DNA of 64,000 bases from Octopus sinensis (Eukaryota): positions 89,280,001-89,344,000 of the forward strand of contig NC_042997.1 in assembly GCF_006345805.1 (NCBI RefSeq), in the 5' to 3' direction. The notes beneath the pieces are model-generated. The model saw only the letters and a program-made list of their open reading frames with translations. It searched no databases and had not been told where the DNA came from. The stretch's first letter is position 1; every line of letters starts with the position of its first letter. A program made the position numbers and the translations under genes. Of this stretch, positions 25,374 through 37,773 are shown one piece after another.

Positions 25374-25800
25374 TTACTCACTTTGTCCCAATTGAGATAT
25401 AAATTTTTCGAAAACTGAGAATGATCAAATTGGACATTAATATATGAAAAAATTGATGTGCAATCCAACAGAGAAAAGAATATTGATTGTTAAACACCAA
25501 GAATATCATGGAAAAATGGCACGACGTGAAATTAATGAAACTTAACTAAATCTAAAAACTCAACATAAAATATTCCCTGTAGCTTCTTCACAATCTGCAG
25601 GAGTGGTTCTCTTTCTGATATATTTACACATCAGTTAAAGAAAATAAATAATTGATATTATTCATTACTCATTTTGCCCCAGTTTAGACATCAGATTTTG
25701 AAAATTGAAAGTTATCAAATTATAGACATTATTATGGGAAAAAATTGACTTGAAATCCAACAGACAAAAGAATATTGATTATTAAACACCAAAAATCATC
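25374..25800. repeat. Degenerate ~290-bp tandem unit (further copy at about 24530-24712)
   Basis: attactca..aatccaacaga.aaaagaatattgatt.ttaaacaccaa occurs at 25374-25506 and 25663-25800; 24595-24712 matches 25501-25610. Confidence 0.7.
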
Positions 25801-26097
25801 TAGATATTTTATTAGCAACCTCAATTATAATTGGGTCAAAGTTGAGGAAACTTTTCTTGAAAGAAGTACCTGTTACCTCTACTGTTTCAAACTGTCTCAA
25901 CTGCAACAACAACTATGGTGGCCAATGTTTACTCCTAAAGGTGATGTAAAAGTACAAAATAGTGAGGCAATATTTGCAGTGTAATGATTCCAAACAGATA
26001 TTGAAAAAATAAGAAGAAATTAAAATTTTACTCATTTTGCCCCCACTCCTCTATAGTTATTTCAAGTATTTGACAAAATGATGAAAAATATTTTTTT

Positions 26098-26309
26098 CTA
26101 CTCTAAACACAAAGCCCGAAATTTTGTGAGGAGGGGGCCAGTCGATTAGATCGACCCCAGTATGTAACTGGTACTTAATTTATCAACCCCAAAAGGATGA
26201 AAGGCAAAGTTGACCTCAGTGGAACTTGAACTCAGAACGTAAAGACAGACAAAATACTGCTAAGCATTCCACCTGGTGTGCTAACATTTCTGCCAGCTCA
26301 CCGCCTTAA
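26098..26309 (-). mobile_element. tRNA-derived SINE, family A (ggcggtgagctggcagaa..gagttcaagttcc..cctttcatcc)
   Basis: B-box-like gagttcaa. Copies at about 32390-32600(+), 34015-34110(+), 51930-52145(-), 55330-55480(+), 55510-55710(+), 57060-57230(-), 57240-57460(-) and 58830-59010(-). Confidence 0.8.
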
Positions 26310-26722
26310 AATGATGAAAAATATTGAAAAAAAAAAAAAAAGAATGAAAATGATTCAATTTAATGAAAAACATGTGAGCATAAAAGTAATAAGTCTAAAA
26401 CTGAAAAAATACTTTGAACTGGTGGGAGATGTAATTTTATAACTAAAGCTAAATTTAAAATTTAAATTTTGGAACATATTCATTATTCACTTTCTCTTTC
26501 ATAAAATAAGACCAGTTTTCAATGCCTCACTGAAATAATGAAGTTTATAATGGCAATATATGTGTGTGCATATTCATGTTTGTGTGTGCATGTGTGCATC
26601 TTTAATTGCAAGTGGTCAATCCAAGGTCACTGCTCAGTCATGTGTTGAAAGGAATTTGAACTAGAGACAATAAATAATTTCTTTCGGTCAATCTCCTTAT
26701 CCTATCTTCAGATAAATTCATA

Positions 26723-26754
<32 letters not shown>

Positions 26755-26999
26755 TACACAAATACATTTTTATGAGTGTTTCATTGTTTTCATTTTGTCT
26801 GACGTCCTAAAAGCAGCTAAAATTAATTCCCAAGGGAATTGTAGCTGCTTTTTAATTGAATGAATTGATGGCACTGATGTGGTTAAAACTATGGTTATTT
26901 AGCGAAAATGAGGATCTATTACATTTTTCAAGATATATTTGTTTATTGAAAGAGTGCATTTGCATGCAAGATTGCTGGGAAGTGGGGCCCTCCTGTATT

Positions 27000-27750
27000 G
27001 AATGCTACATATTCTCCATAGCAGGGAGGCCTAATATCTATGGGGAGCCCGGGGCAATTGCCCCCTTCGACCTCCAATGAAATCCGGCCCTGGTCGACAG
27101 TCCACGTAAAGATTTCAGCTTCGTTGTCTTATGATTTCCATGGCAACAGACAGTTGACTTCTGGTATGTCTGCAATGGAGGCCTCCGATTGGCTAAAATT
27201 ACACAATTTTAACTGCTTTTAACTTTCTGTCGGTAAAGTCTAGACAAAATATATGGGATCTTTTCGGTTTGAACGGCAGTTTTTAACATAATTTCTAGGT
27301 AACTAAAAAAATTTAACTTCGTATACTGGTAGAATGTGTTTATAAAACATCTTTTTCTCTTTGCTTTATTGAGAAAATTCTATAGTTTGTAAGATATTTG
27401 TTGTTTTTTTGCTTCAATTTCAGCAATTTCAACCAATTACTGACGTCCATTGAGGTAAACAACATTCTTTTCGACCACTAGAATTTTCTGAAATAACCAC
27501 AAGAATATTTTCAAACTGTTGTACTTTTGAATACTTATGACAAAAATCACATATTGGATCTTTTCGGTTTGAACGGCAGTTTTTTCTAGCGGTGTGATAT
27601 GAAATTGTCACCCATAATTATGACCCTAGTATCGATCTATTGCATTTCAATCTATTTTAGGGCTAGGGTTAGGGGTGGGGGAAGGGTATATTTTTTTCTT
27701 CACAAATGTAAATAAACCCTATCTGTTTCTCAAACGAGGGACATATTCAT
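27000..27750. mobile_element. Unclassified DNA-transposon-like repeat (related fragment at about 51050-51370 in opposite orientation)
   Basis: The motif ggatcttttcggtttgaacggcagtttt is duplicated (about 27255 and 27557); aacttcgtatactggtagaatgtgt is shared with the reverse complement of about 51260-51290. Confidence 0.55.
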
Positions 27751-28568
27751 ACGGCACAGATGCATTAATTTATAAATCTTCATATTTATTCGATTATGTC
27801 TTCGATTTCGACCTATAGTTAAGTTTACTTAAAGTGTAACAATCAAATTTGTTTCCTTAAGTTAAAAAATGTCAGTTATGTCTTCGATTTCCTTCCATAA
27901 ACTAAGAATTTTAAGAAAGTAACGCTCGATCACATGCTGCAACGAGCTGAATTATACTAATAATTCTTCTACCGTAATATGTATTAATGAATGATTTGTT
28001 ACATTGGATAACTATAGATTTCACGGTGAGGTACACAGTCAATAGAAACAACGGGCCAAAGTCGACTCCGAAAGAATTTAACAGAAAACTTAGATGTAGC
28101 TCTATACTTTGTTTTATATTTCAAAAGACACAAATAATTTGCAAGGAAATAGATATCGCTTATAGAATCTAATCAAATATACCACTGATAACTGTTTTAC
28201 GAACCTCCGTGAAACGAAAGGTAAACTCAACAACGTTGGGATTTTGGCATATATAGAAATATTTAGTAAAAATACCATCATAATTGAGTAAATATTATCT
28301 ATCAATCGATACACATAAGATAAAAAGGAACAGAAGGAATATACGAAACCGCTAAGTCCTCTATGCGATAGGCAATTAAAACACACTCATTTTGAGTTGA
28401 CAATTACCAAAGAAAAATGTTGTCACAGTGTCCTAAAAACTTCGACGAGATGATGTTTGTTTAAAAAACGTCTTAGAATACAATGGCAAATATATTTAAA
28501 AACCAAAACAAAAAAATCTTTCTTGATTTAGTTTATAAAGTAATATTTGCATGGTGGGTACTGGGGAA

Positions 28569-28640
28569 GGTTCTATGGTGTAATGGTTAGCACTCTGGAC
28601 TCTGAATCCAGCGATCCGAGTTCAAATCTCGGTAGAACCT
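28569..28640 (+). tRNA. tRNA-Gln-CTG: tRNA-Gln (anticodon CTG)
   Basis: 72-nt cloverleaf with acceptor stem GGTTCTA/TAGAACC fully paired, anticodon CTG at 28602-28604, intact A and B boxes, and a T7 terminator at 28657-28663. Confidence 0.97.
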
Positions 28641-30059
28641 AATAATTGCTCCTTCATTTTTTTCCATATCTCATTTAAGATATTTGGTTTTTATTATTTG
28701 TAATTGGTATTGTCAGAGACAATTAAGTTTTACTGTTTATTTCGATCTATCTTGATTTGATTAAATGCTTAGATTTCTTGAGACACAATCCGGCTATTAA
28801 AGATCATTATTATTCCTCTTTCTTGTTGTCCACACTTAGGTTACAATATATATTCTTGTTCTGTGGTCAACCTGTAGCTTCCTTATTAATAAATTGATTA
28901 TTAAAAAAGCAGTAAAACTATTGACTTAATTGCGTTTTTTGCACCATATTAAAAAAATTCTATATTTGTTGCCTGATATCATCATGTATTGTAGATATTG
29001 CCGCGGGCCAACGAGGAGTTTCTCTGCCGTCTTTTGAAAGCTAAAGATAGCAGCCAAATCTATCTATAATCAACAACCTACAATCTTTAAAAGGAAGTAC
29101 ACATTGGATAATGTAGTCTCCTACCCAATTTAAAAGTACTATCAAATATCTTGATGTCTATATCATAATATCTGAAATATCTCATAATATCTCATTGCTT
29201 TAATAATCTTTCTTTACAAATGTATGAGATAGAAAAAGAAAATTAATAGAGCTGTGCTGTTTAAACTTTCTTCAAAAGTACCACCAAAAATAACGATAGG
29301 AAATTTTTTAAAAGTGGTTGCACCGGAAGAGTAAAGACAAGTTTTGAAACTTGTTTCTTTGTCAGAGACAGAAAAGATAAGAAGCGGGAGAAGACACCAT
29401 ACTGGTGGCTTAGTCTTGTAGCAAAAGGCTATACTTAATTTCAGTTAAAATATGTGGCTAACTATTTCATGAAACTCGGTGACATTTGAAGTCAGAGCAT
29501 ACGGTAATGCAGTCGCTATCATCTTCATCGCTGTCTTACAGACATTTGGCAAAAGTTTCCACTGTCCTACCTCCGTAGTAACCGGTTAACATTGCTAACT
29601 CCAGTGACTGAATTGAAGTTATTTTATATATGAATTAAAATAAGCATGTTATATGGCTTTATTGAAGAACAGCTGTCTATAATATACCTCAAGAGTAATT
29701 TATCAACACCAATATAGGGGCTGTCTTAACAGCAGGGCCTTATAGAAGTTATTTATTGACAGTATGTAACAACATATATAGACCAGAATTCGAAACTCAG
29801 ACCTGCAAGGCCCCATGGGCAACTGTCCGGTGTGCCCATGTCTTAATATGGCACTGACCAATATTGTATAATGCCCTTAATTAAAAAGACACTATCGCCT
29901 CGCAACCTAATTGCTACTTCCATGTTATTTTTGTGGTATTGAGAAGCATACAAGAGTTGTTTCCCCTTAGAAAAGGACCAGCTAATATTTTCTGTTTGTG
30001 TATTCACGTGTCTAAGTATTCTAAAATTTATTTAATTAGTGGTTTGATATATCGCCAAC

Positions 30060-30450
30060 ATTATTTTAACTACGCAAATACTCTGATGAGCGTCATGATC
30101 GTTTCATCTTTCATTCAGTAAGTTAAAACTAAGTAAAAAGAAATATACCTAACTTTTGACTTCGGACTTTGAATGTTGTTGACATTTCATTCCGATATTC
30201 TATAGGAACGGGCATTTTATTGGTAAGTTTATGAGATCGTATTTTCCCTCGACTACAGTGATATATATGGAATATAAAAGATAATGCTCTTTCGAAAAGT
30301 AATTGGTTAGAAAATATTCTTAATTGTGTCTATTCTTAATTGTTAAAAAAACTCCCACAAGTGGTTTTCCTCTTATAATTAAATAATCCAAAAGTGGCGC
30401 GCTTTTCGTTGGGCTTCATGCACAGTATTGAAGTTTATAGGAATTTTTTT
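30060..30450 (+). promoter_or_regulatory. Probable RAD50 promoter and non-coding first exon
   Basis: CpG-retaining unique sequence with strong donors gtaagt at 30118 and 30223 that could splice to the acceptor at 32836. An E2F-like TGGCGCGCTTTT lies at about 30395-30406. The TSS cannot be determined from sequence. Confidence 0.45.
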
Positions 30451-31589
30451 TCGGAGTGTCATTGATTAATTCATCATGAACACTGTTAAATGTACTACAA
30501 TGGCATATTTTACAGTTGCCAGCGATCTTTGGTCATCATACAATCAAAGTAGGAGACCCATTAATTAGTTTTAGCACTACATTAGATTTTCCTCGACTAC
30601 AGTGATATGTACGAATATAAAAAGTAATACTTTTTGTAAAAATGGTTTTTAAATTAAATCAAGTCTTTAGTTGGACGAAAATGTCAGCAATTCGTTGTTC
30701 CTTGTATTTGATTATTGATCACAGACTAATTGTTTAAATTAAATGACTAGAAAATTAACTGTGTACGTAACTAATTTGCTTTCACTTTCATCCAGCACTC
30801 AACATGAGTTTTTTTTTTTATTACATTAGAATTTCCTGATAACGAATGTAATGACAACCATTTTTATTAATTAGCACTAAAACATCACCGAGAACAAGGT
30901 TTTGGGATTCACATGTACCACATTTCTTGTTATAGCAAATAGTTCCTCCTTGTAAAGTTCAGTTGGGTTACATGTAGAAAAAAATCTTGTTGCAATACAG
31001 ACATATTAAAAGTGGAACGTTTTTTGTGAAGTCTGATTTTTCATTTCATTTTCGTTTGAATTCTATTTTGAATTGATTAGATTATTTAAATAAATAAATT
31101 GATTATTTTTTGGAGGTGGGGGTTGTCAAAGTTCTTTCAACAGTTTGTGATGTTATCGTGTATCCCTCATGCACTTCTCTTTGGACATGTCTCAGATTCC
31201 AATGGTGAATTTTGGGTTAATATAGGGCGTTACGATTATCAGAAAATCAAAAAAAAAATGTGTGTAATAGGTGTAAAACAACTTCCTATGAACGAATATG
31301 AAAAAAAAAATTCGCCCTATATTAACCGAATTTTGCTCATGTTCTATTATTTCCATTTGCATTGTATGTGTGTTTTTAAGATGGTGAGTTTTTACATGTG
31401 TGTATGGTAGGTGATGAAGACTGGATTTCAATATACATCATCCCAGTTCGCTTTGGGTTATCTCTAACGCATGTACACCTTTCTGTCAGCAAAATTACTC
31501 GTGAATATGCTATAATCACTGCTATTTCTATATTTATGTGACCACATTTGTCATCTTGTTTCTATCATCTAATCCAAAATACATAGAGA

Positions 31590-32150
31590 AAAGTGCAAAA
31601 CTTAGAACTGACCACTGCATACAGGAGTGATGATTGAGTGGAACATTTTTATAGAATATTTGATGGACTGTTTAGGTCTATCTATGACCATTGGGATGGA
31701 TTGTCTGATGGTGAGTGATTACACTTAATGTCGAAGGGCTAGATGGTCTATTGGATTATTTCAGTAGTACCTGTATGTTTTGCATTTGTTGCCATATCCA
31801 ACCATCTTCCTTCACTGTGCTTGTGGAGAATTCCTTGCTTGTTTCCTCACAGTTATGGAATGCCCATTAGGCAACCATTGATGAGGCTCATAAAAATCTA
31901 TATGACAATTAGAATTTTGGAGACATGAGCATTCACCCATCTGGAAGGCTATTGGAAGTATCAGAAGTAATCAGACTATCAATAATCCTGATTATGGATT
32001 TTTATGGTGAGCCATCAAGATAAGTCAAATGTGCTATAAAAAGTATGAGCAGCATATAAAGAATTTAAATCTGGATTATGTGATGAAAAGGTAGACTTTG
32101 GAGGGACTTCTGAGTGGTGTAAGACACAACATCAGGTGGAAATAAAATAA
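31590..32150 (+). mobile_element. Decayed Mutator-like (MULE) transposase C-terminal remnant
   Basis: The broken frame RHEHSPIWKAIGSIRSNQ..YEQHIKNLNLDYVMKR*TLEGLLSGVRHNIRWK resembles the H-P-S-I-W..L..Y..G...R.GHNI tail of invertebrate MULE transposases (from recall, not a search). Confidence 0.5.
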
Positions 32151-32854
32151 ACCTTAACACTTGATATTGTTTGTTATATTTTTCGAAGATATAGTATGAT
32201 GTATTTTTTTTTAATTAAGCTAATTTTTCTGAATGAAGATATTGAGTTATTTACAAAATCATTAAACTTTTTGTGCATTGCCTTACTAATGACAGTGTTG
32301 AAGGAAGAAGCTGCTGAATGACAAATAGAGAGTGACTATGAAAGTGATGGCATGGCATATTATGCTGGTGATATTTTCATTTTATAATGCTGTAAACTGG
32401 CAGAATTGTTAGCTTACCAAACAAAATGCTTTACATTTCTTCCAACACTTCAAGTTCTGAGTTCATATCCTATTAATGTCAATTTTGCCTTTCATCCTTT
32501 TGGGGTTAATAAAATAAAGTACCAGTCAAGTACCAGGATCATTGTAATTGACTTGTCTCTTCCCTTCAAAATGCTAGCCTTAATGCAATGAACTGGCATC
32601 CCTTTCAGGAGAATACTGTGATCTTCATCATTTATATGTCATGGAAACTGGGAAACTGATCTTATGAGTCTTAGCACTCTTTAATGAGTGTGCAAGATTT
32701 ACAATTAAAATACTAATATGTTGTAGTAAGCATTATTATTAATTATAAGGATCAGAATCATTTTTAAACATATTTATATTTTACATTACTTTCTTTAATC
32801 TTTATCGCTATTGTAATGTATCTGATTTATTTTCAGAACCAGCACTAAATAAAT

Positions 32855-32983
32855 ATGTCGACAATAAAAAAGATGAGTATCCAAGGGATACGTAGTTTTG
32901 GCCCTGAAGATAGTGATAAACAAGTCATATCTTTCTTCTGCCCTTTGACTTTGATATTAGGACAGAATGGAACTGGTAAAACA
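32855..32983 (+). CDS. RAD50: RAD50 coding exon 1 (Walker A GQNGTGKT)
   Basis: Acceptor tttcag at 32836, ATG 32855, 43 codons, donor gtgagt at 32984. Confidence 0.97.
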
Positions 32984-35900
32984 GTGAGTATTTTTGGAAT
33001 TGTCTATGTATTTCGTTTCTATAAAATCATGATCATCCTTTAATGTCTGTTTTCCATGCTGGCATGGGTTGGACAGTTTGACTAGAGCTGGCCAACTAGA
33101 GAGCTGCTCTAGGTTCCAGTCTGATTTGACTTGGTTTCTATGGCAATGCCCTTCCTACTGCCAATCACTTTACAGTGTGTGTTGGATGCTTTTAATGTGG
33201 CACTGGCATGAGTGCTTTATATTTGGTACAAGCACATTGCTGGCCAATCCTCTTCATCAGGGGATGTGGCCTTAACACTTCTGTTGTGGAGAAGAGGTCT
33301 TCTTGAGTACAACAAAGCAACAGGTATCTTGGTCCTTTGTCATTTCATTTGTAAAGTTAATTTTTCTGAGGTCCTTCTGTACTTTGTTCCATGTCTTCCT
33401 GGGTCTCTCTTTTCCATGATTTCCATTCACTTTCAGTGAACAGCACATCTTTATGGAGCTATTGGCATCCATCTGCTTCACATGACCAAACTAGCACAGT
33501 CTTCTCTCTTGCATACTACATCTAATTCCTCTTATCTGAAATATTGAAGCCTAATTATTTAGTTGATGCTGTTTAAAAATGCATAATGTCGCTCTTTCTC
33601 TCATGCTTAAAAATTTAAAGTTTCTTGATTCTTTCATAAAATATAAAGTTTAGATTGATATCATTTTATTTATATAATATCAAACTTAATTTGGTAGGTT
33701 ATTTATTATTTGAAAGTAACATCTAATTTATGTTTTATTTTACAGACTATTATAGAATCTTTGAAATATATTACAACAGGTGACTTACCACCTGGATCTA
33801 AAACAAATGGTGCTTTTGTCCATGATCCAAAGGTAAGTAAATGGTTAATACTTTACACATCAGGGATGAAACAAACCCTTTCCTACACTTTAACCCTTTT
33901 GCATTCAGATTACTCTGTCAGATGTAGTACTTATTTATTCACATTTTTTAAAATTAATCATGCATCATCTTGCAGCCTCAAGGTTTTCATGGTGTGATTG
34001 TTATATTCAAAAAAAGGTGGCAAGCTGGCAGAATCATTAGCACAAAATGCTTTGGGGCATTTAATCTTGCTTTATGTTCTGAGTTCAAATCCTATTAAAG
34101 CCTGATAAGCTAATGTTTTAAGATTTAGACAACAGGTTAAAAATTCACTTCAGTTGTTTTGTGTTGTGTTTTAGCAGCTTAAAAAAGCTAATTTTTTCCA
34201 TAATTTCAGCATCAAAATAAAGCAGGTAAGAAGGAAAATGATTGATTAGTCATAAGTTATTGAAGACCTGGTTAGTTGCAAGTAGTTTTTTATTGATAAT
34301 TGTAAAAATGATGTAAATCAAAAAGGTAAAGTTCAATTCCTAGGAAGGAATGAACTGCTACAAATTTTTAGTGTTGAATTGGTGATTCACTGCCTTAACA
34401 CTTCAACCATTTTATTCATCCCTTATAAGACATTGACTCAGTAACCATCTAGTTCTTATTTTCTTCTCATCCTTGATATAATATCTTCAGGTGTAGTTGT
34501 GTGATAAGAAATTGGTTTCCCAATCATATGGTCTTGGGTTCAGTCCCACTGTGTGATAGCTTGGGAAAGTGTCTTCAACTAAAGCCCCAGGTTGACCAAA
34601 GCTTTGTGAGTGGATTTTGAATAAATCTATTACAAAATTCAAAAACGACTACATCTTTTGAGATTTAGGTGCATTTTCAAACCCCAAAACAAATTCTATG
34701 TGATGAAAGTTGCAGAGAGGGTCATAGCCTAGCTAATTAGGGAGAGAGTTAGTTTAGATGAGATGCAGTTTGGGTTTGTGCCAAGGAGAAGCACTACTGA
34801 TGCTTTGTTTCTGGTAAGAAAGCTGCAGGAGAAATACATAGCCAAAGATAAACCTCTCTTTTTGGCTTTTGTTGACAGGGTCCCCCGATCCCCTATCTGG
34901 TGGTCAATGTGGAAACTAAGGATAGACAAGTGGTTGGTGAGAGCTGTACGAGCCATGTACAAGGACACTGTCAGTAAGGTGATGGTTGGCAACAAGTATA
35001 GTGAAGAATTCGAGGTGCAAGTAGGGGTTGACCAAGGATCAGTCCTCAGCTCCTTCTTGTTCATCATAGTCCTCCAGGCGATAACAGAGGAATTTAAGAC
35101 AGGCTGCTCCTGGGAACTCCTCTATGCTGATGACCTTGCTCTTATAGCCGAATCACTACCAATACTAGAGGAAAAGCTTCAAGAGTTGAAGCCAGGTCTA
35201 GAATTGAAGGGCCTTAGAGTTAACCTAACAAAAATCAAAGTCTTAGTAAGTAGAAAGGCAGGCAAATCACGAATCCCTTCAGGTAGATGGCCCTGCTCAA
35301 TCTGTAGAAAAGATGTAGATAAAACTCCATAAGATGTACCCGGTGTAAGCTATAGACACATAAGAGGTGCAGTAATATCAGAGGAAGGTTAACGGAATAT
35401 ATTTTTGTGTGTGTTGGAAGGTGCACAGGTACAATAAACACCAAAAATGTACAGAAAATACATTCCATTACATGCCAGTGGGGAAAACTAAAAGTAGTTG
35501 ATAGCGTCCGTTACCTAGGTGACCAAGTCAGTAGCAGAGGTGGATGCTCTGAGAGCACAGCTGCTAGAATAAGAATAGGCTAGGCAAAGTTCTGAGAGCT
35601 CCTACCTCTGCAGGTAACAAAGGGCCTCTCGCTCAGAGTGAAAGGCAGACTGTATGATAGCTAGGCATGCTACATGGCAGTGAAACATGGACTGTGACTG
35701 CTGAGGACATGTGTAGGCTTGTAAGAGATGAAGCTAGCATGCTCTGCTAGATGTGTAATGTCAGTGTGCATGCACAACAGAATGTAAGCGGCTTGAGTGA
35801 AAAGTTGGACCTAAGAAGCATCAGATGTGGTGTGCAAGAGAGATGACTGCGCTGGTATGGTCATGTGATGAGTATGGATGAGGACAGTTGTGCGAAGTGT

Positions 35901-37722
35901 CACACTCTACCGGTGGAGGGAACCTGTGGAAGAGGTAGACGCAGAAAGACATGGGATGAGGTGGTGAAGCATGATCTTCGAATGTTGGGCCTCACAGAGG
36001 CAATGACAAGCGATTGAGACCTTTGGAGATATGCTATACTTGAGAAGACCCGGCAAGCCAAGTGAGATCGTAGCTGTGGTTGATGCCAGTGTTGCGTAAC
36101 TGGCCCATTAAAAGCACCCTTCAGTCGTTGGGCGATATGCTGTGCTTGTAAAGACCTGTCAAATCAAGTGAATCATAGTCGTGGCTGATGCCAGTGCCAT
36201 CTGACTGGCACCCATGCTGGTAGCACATAAAAAGCACTGTTAGTGCACTGGGCCTCATGGAGGCAGTGATGTCAAGCCAGATGAGACTAGTCATGGCTGA
36301 TGCCAGTGTTGCGTAACGGATCTGTTAAAAGCACCTTTTAATCATTGAGTGATATGCTGTGTTTGTGAAGACCCGTTAAACTGAGTGAAATCATAGTTGT
36401 AGCTGATGCCAGAGCTGTCTGACTGGCATATAAAAAGCACCATTCAAGCTTTGGGCCTCATGGAGGCAGTAACAGGTGATCAAGACCCTTAGTGATATAC
36501 CATGTTTGTGTTGGCCTGTCAAGCCAAGTGAGATCATGTCATGGTCAATGTCAGTGTCAGGTCAGTGGCACGTAAAAAGCACCCACTACACTCTTGGAGA
36601 GGTTGGTGTTAGGAAGGGCATCCAGCTGTAGAAACATTGCCAAATCAGAGTGGAACCTGGTGCAGACCCCTGGCTTACCAGTTTCCAAGTCAAACCATCC
36701 AACCCATACCTGCATGGAAAGCGGACATTAAATGATGATGATATGTATGTATATATATTGCCTTTAGCAGTTGAAATATATCACAAACATATATAATTTA
36801 ACCTAAAGTTTGTTTATGCCTAAACATGGCTTAGCACTGATATTACTGTCATTGTCATGACCTTGACGGTCTATTGGCACAAATCTATCGATGTTGTTGA
36901 CTGTATTTTAATTAAAGCCACGGCTTCATTAGATCTATCCAGAGTTGCTTCTTTTAGGTAGTTGCCATTGATAATGGCTAAAAAGCTTGAAACCTCAAAG
37001 TCTGAGAATCTGCCAGGTGGCAGCACTAGGCAGATATGGTGTTTTTACATCTTTTTCACCATAAAAGAGAATTTCTTTCTCCAATGTAACTGCAATGATT
37101 TTACCTTTAGCTGTTGAAACATGTCACAAACATATTTAAACAAACCGAAAGTTCACACCCACACATGTATTTGTGTGTACTAGTCTTCTTGCCTTGACGT
37201 CATGTAATAGTTGTAAATGAATGTTACCATCAGGCAAGCAGTGTCCTTCATTTCTAGTCTTCTGAGAAAACATATCTAATCATGGGGAAATATTACCTTA
37301 CTTGGAAACAAATGAAGGTTGGCTACAGGAACGACATCCAGCTGTAAAAAATCCACCTCAACAAATTCCATCCGACCCATATAAGCATGGAAAAGTTGAT
37401 ATTAAATGAAAGTGATGATACTTCTGAGGTATCACTCGAAACAAATAGCTTCTCAGATAACTATCAGTTATTTAATACTTGTTGTTTGACGTTTTTTTCC
37501 TTCCAGATTGCCCATGAGAAAGAAGTTAAAGCACAAGTCAAGTTACATTTCAAAGACATTATTCAGAAAGATGTTATTGTATCACGAGCAATGACAGGAA
37601 CACAAAAGGTGTGAGTTGTTTATCATATTTAAGATAACTTCACCAATCTATCAGCTCGACATTTTTTGCACAACTAGGAAAATAGGGATGAGTTCTTCAG
37701 AAATATTAGTTTTCTTGAAGTA

Positions 37723-37773
<51 letters not shown>

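Noticed and set aside
26098-26309. tRNA genes at SINE heads (families A, B, C)
   Set aside because: They have A/B-box-like motifs but no complete cloverleaf, and continue into shared SINE bodies
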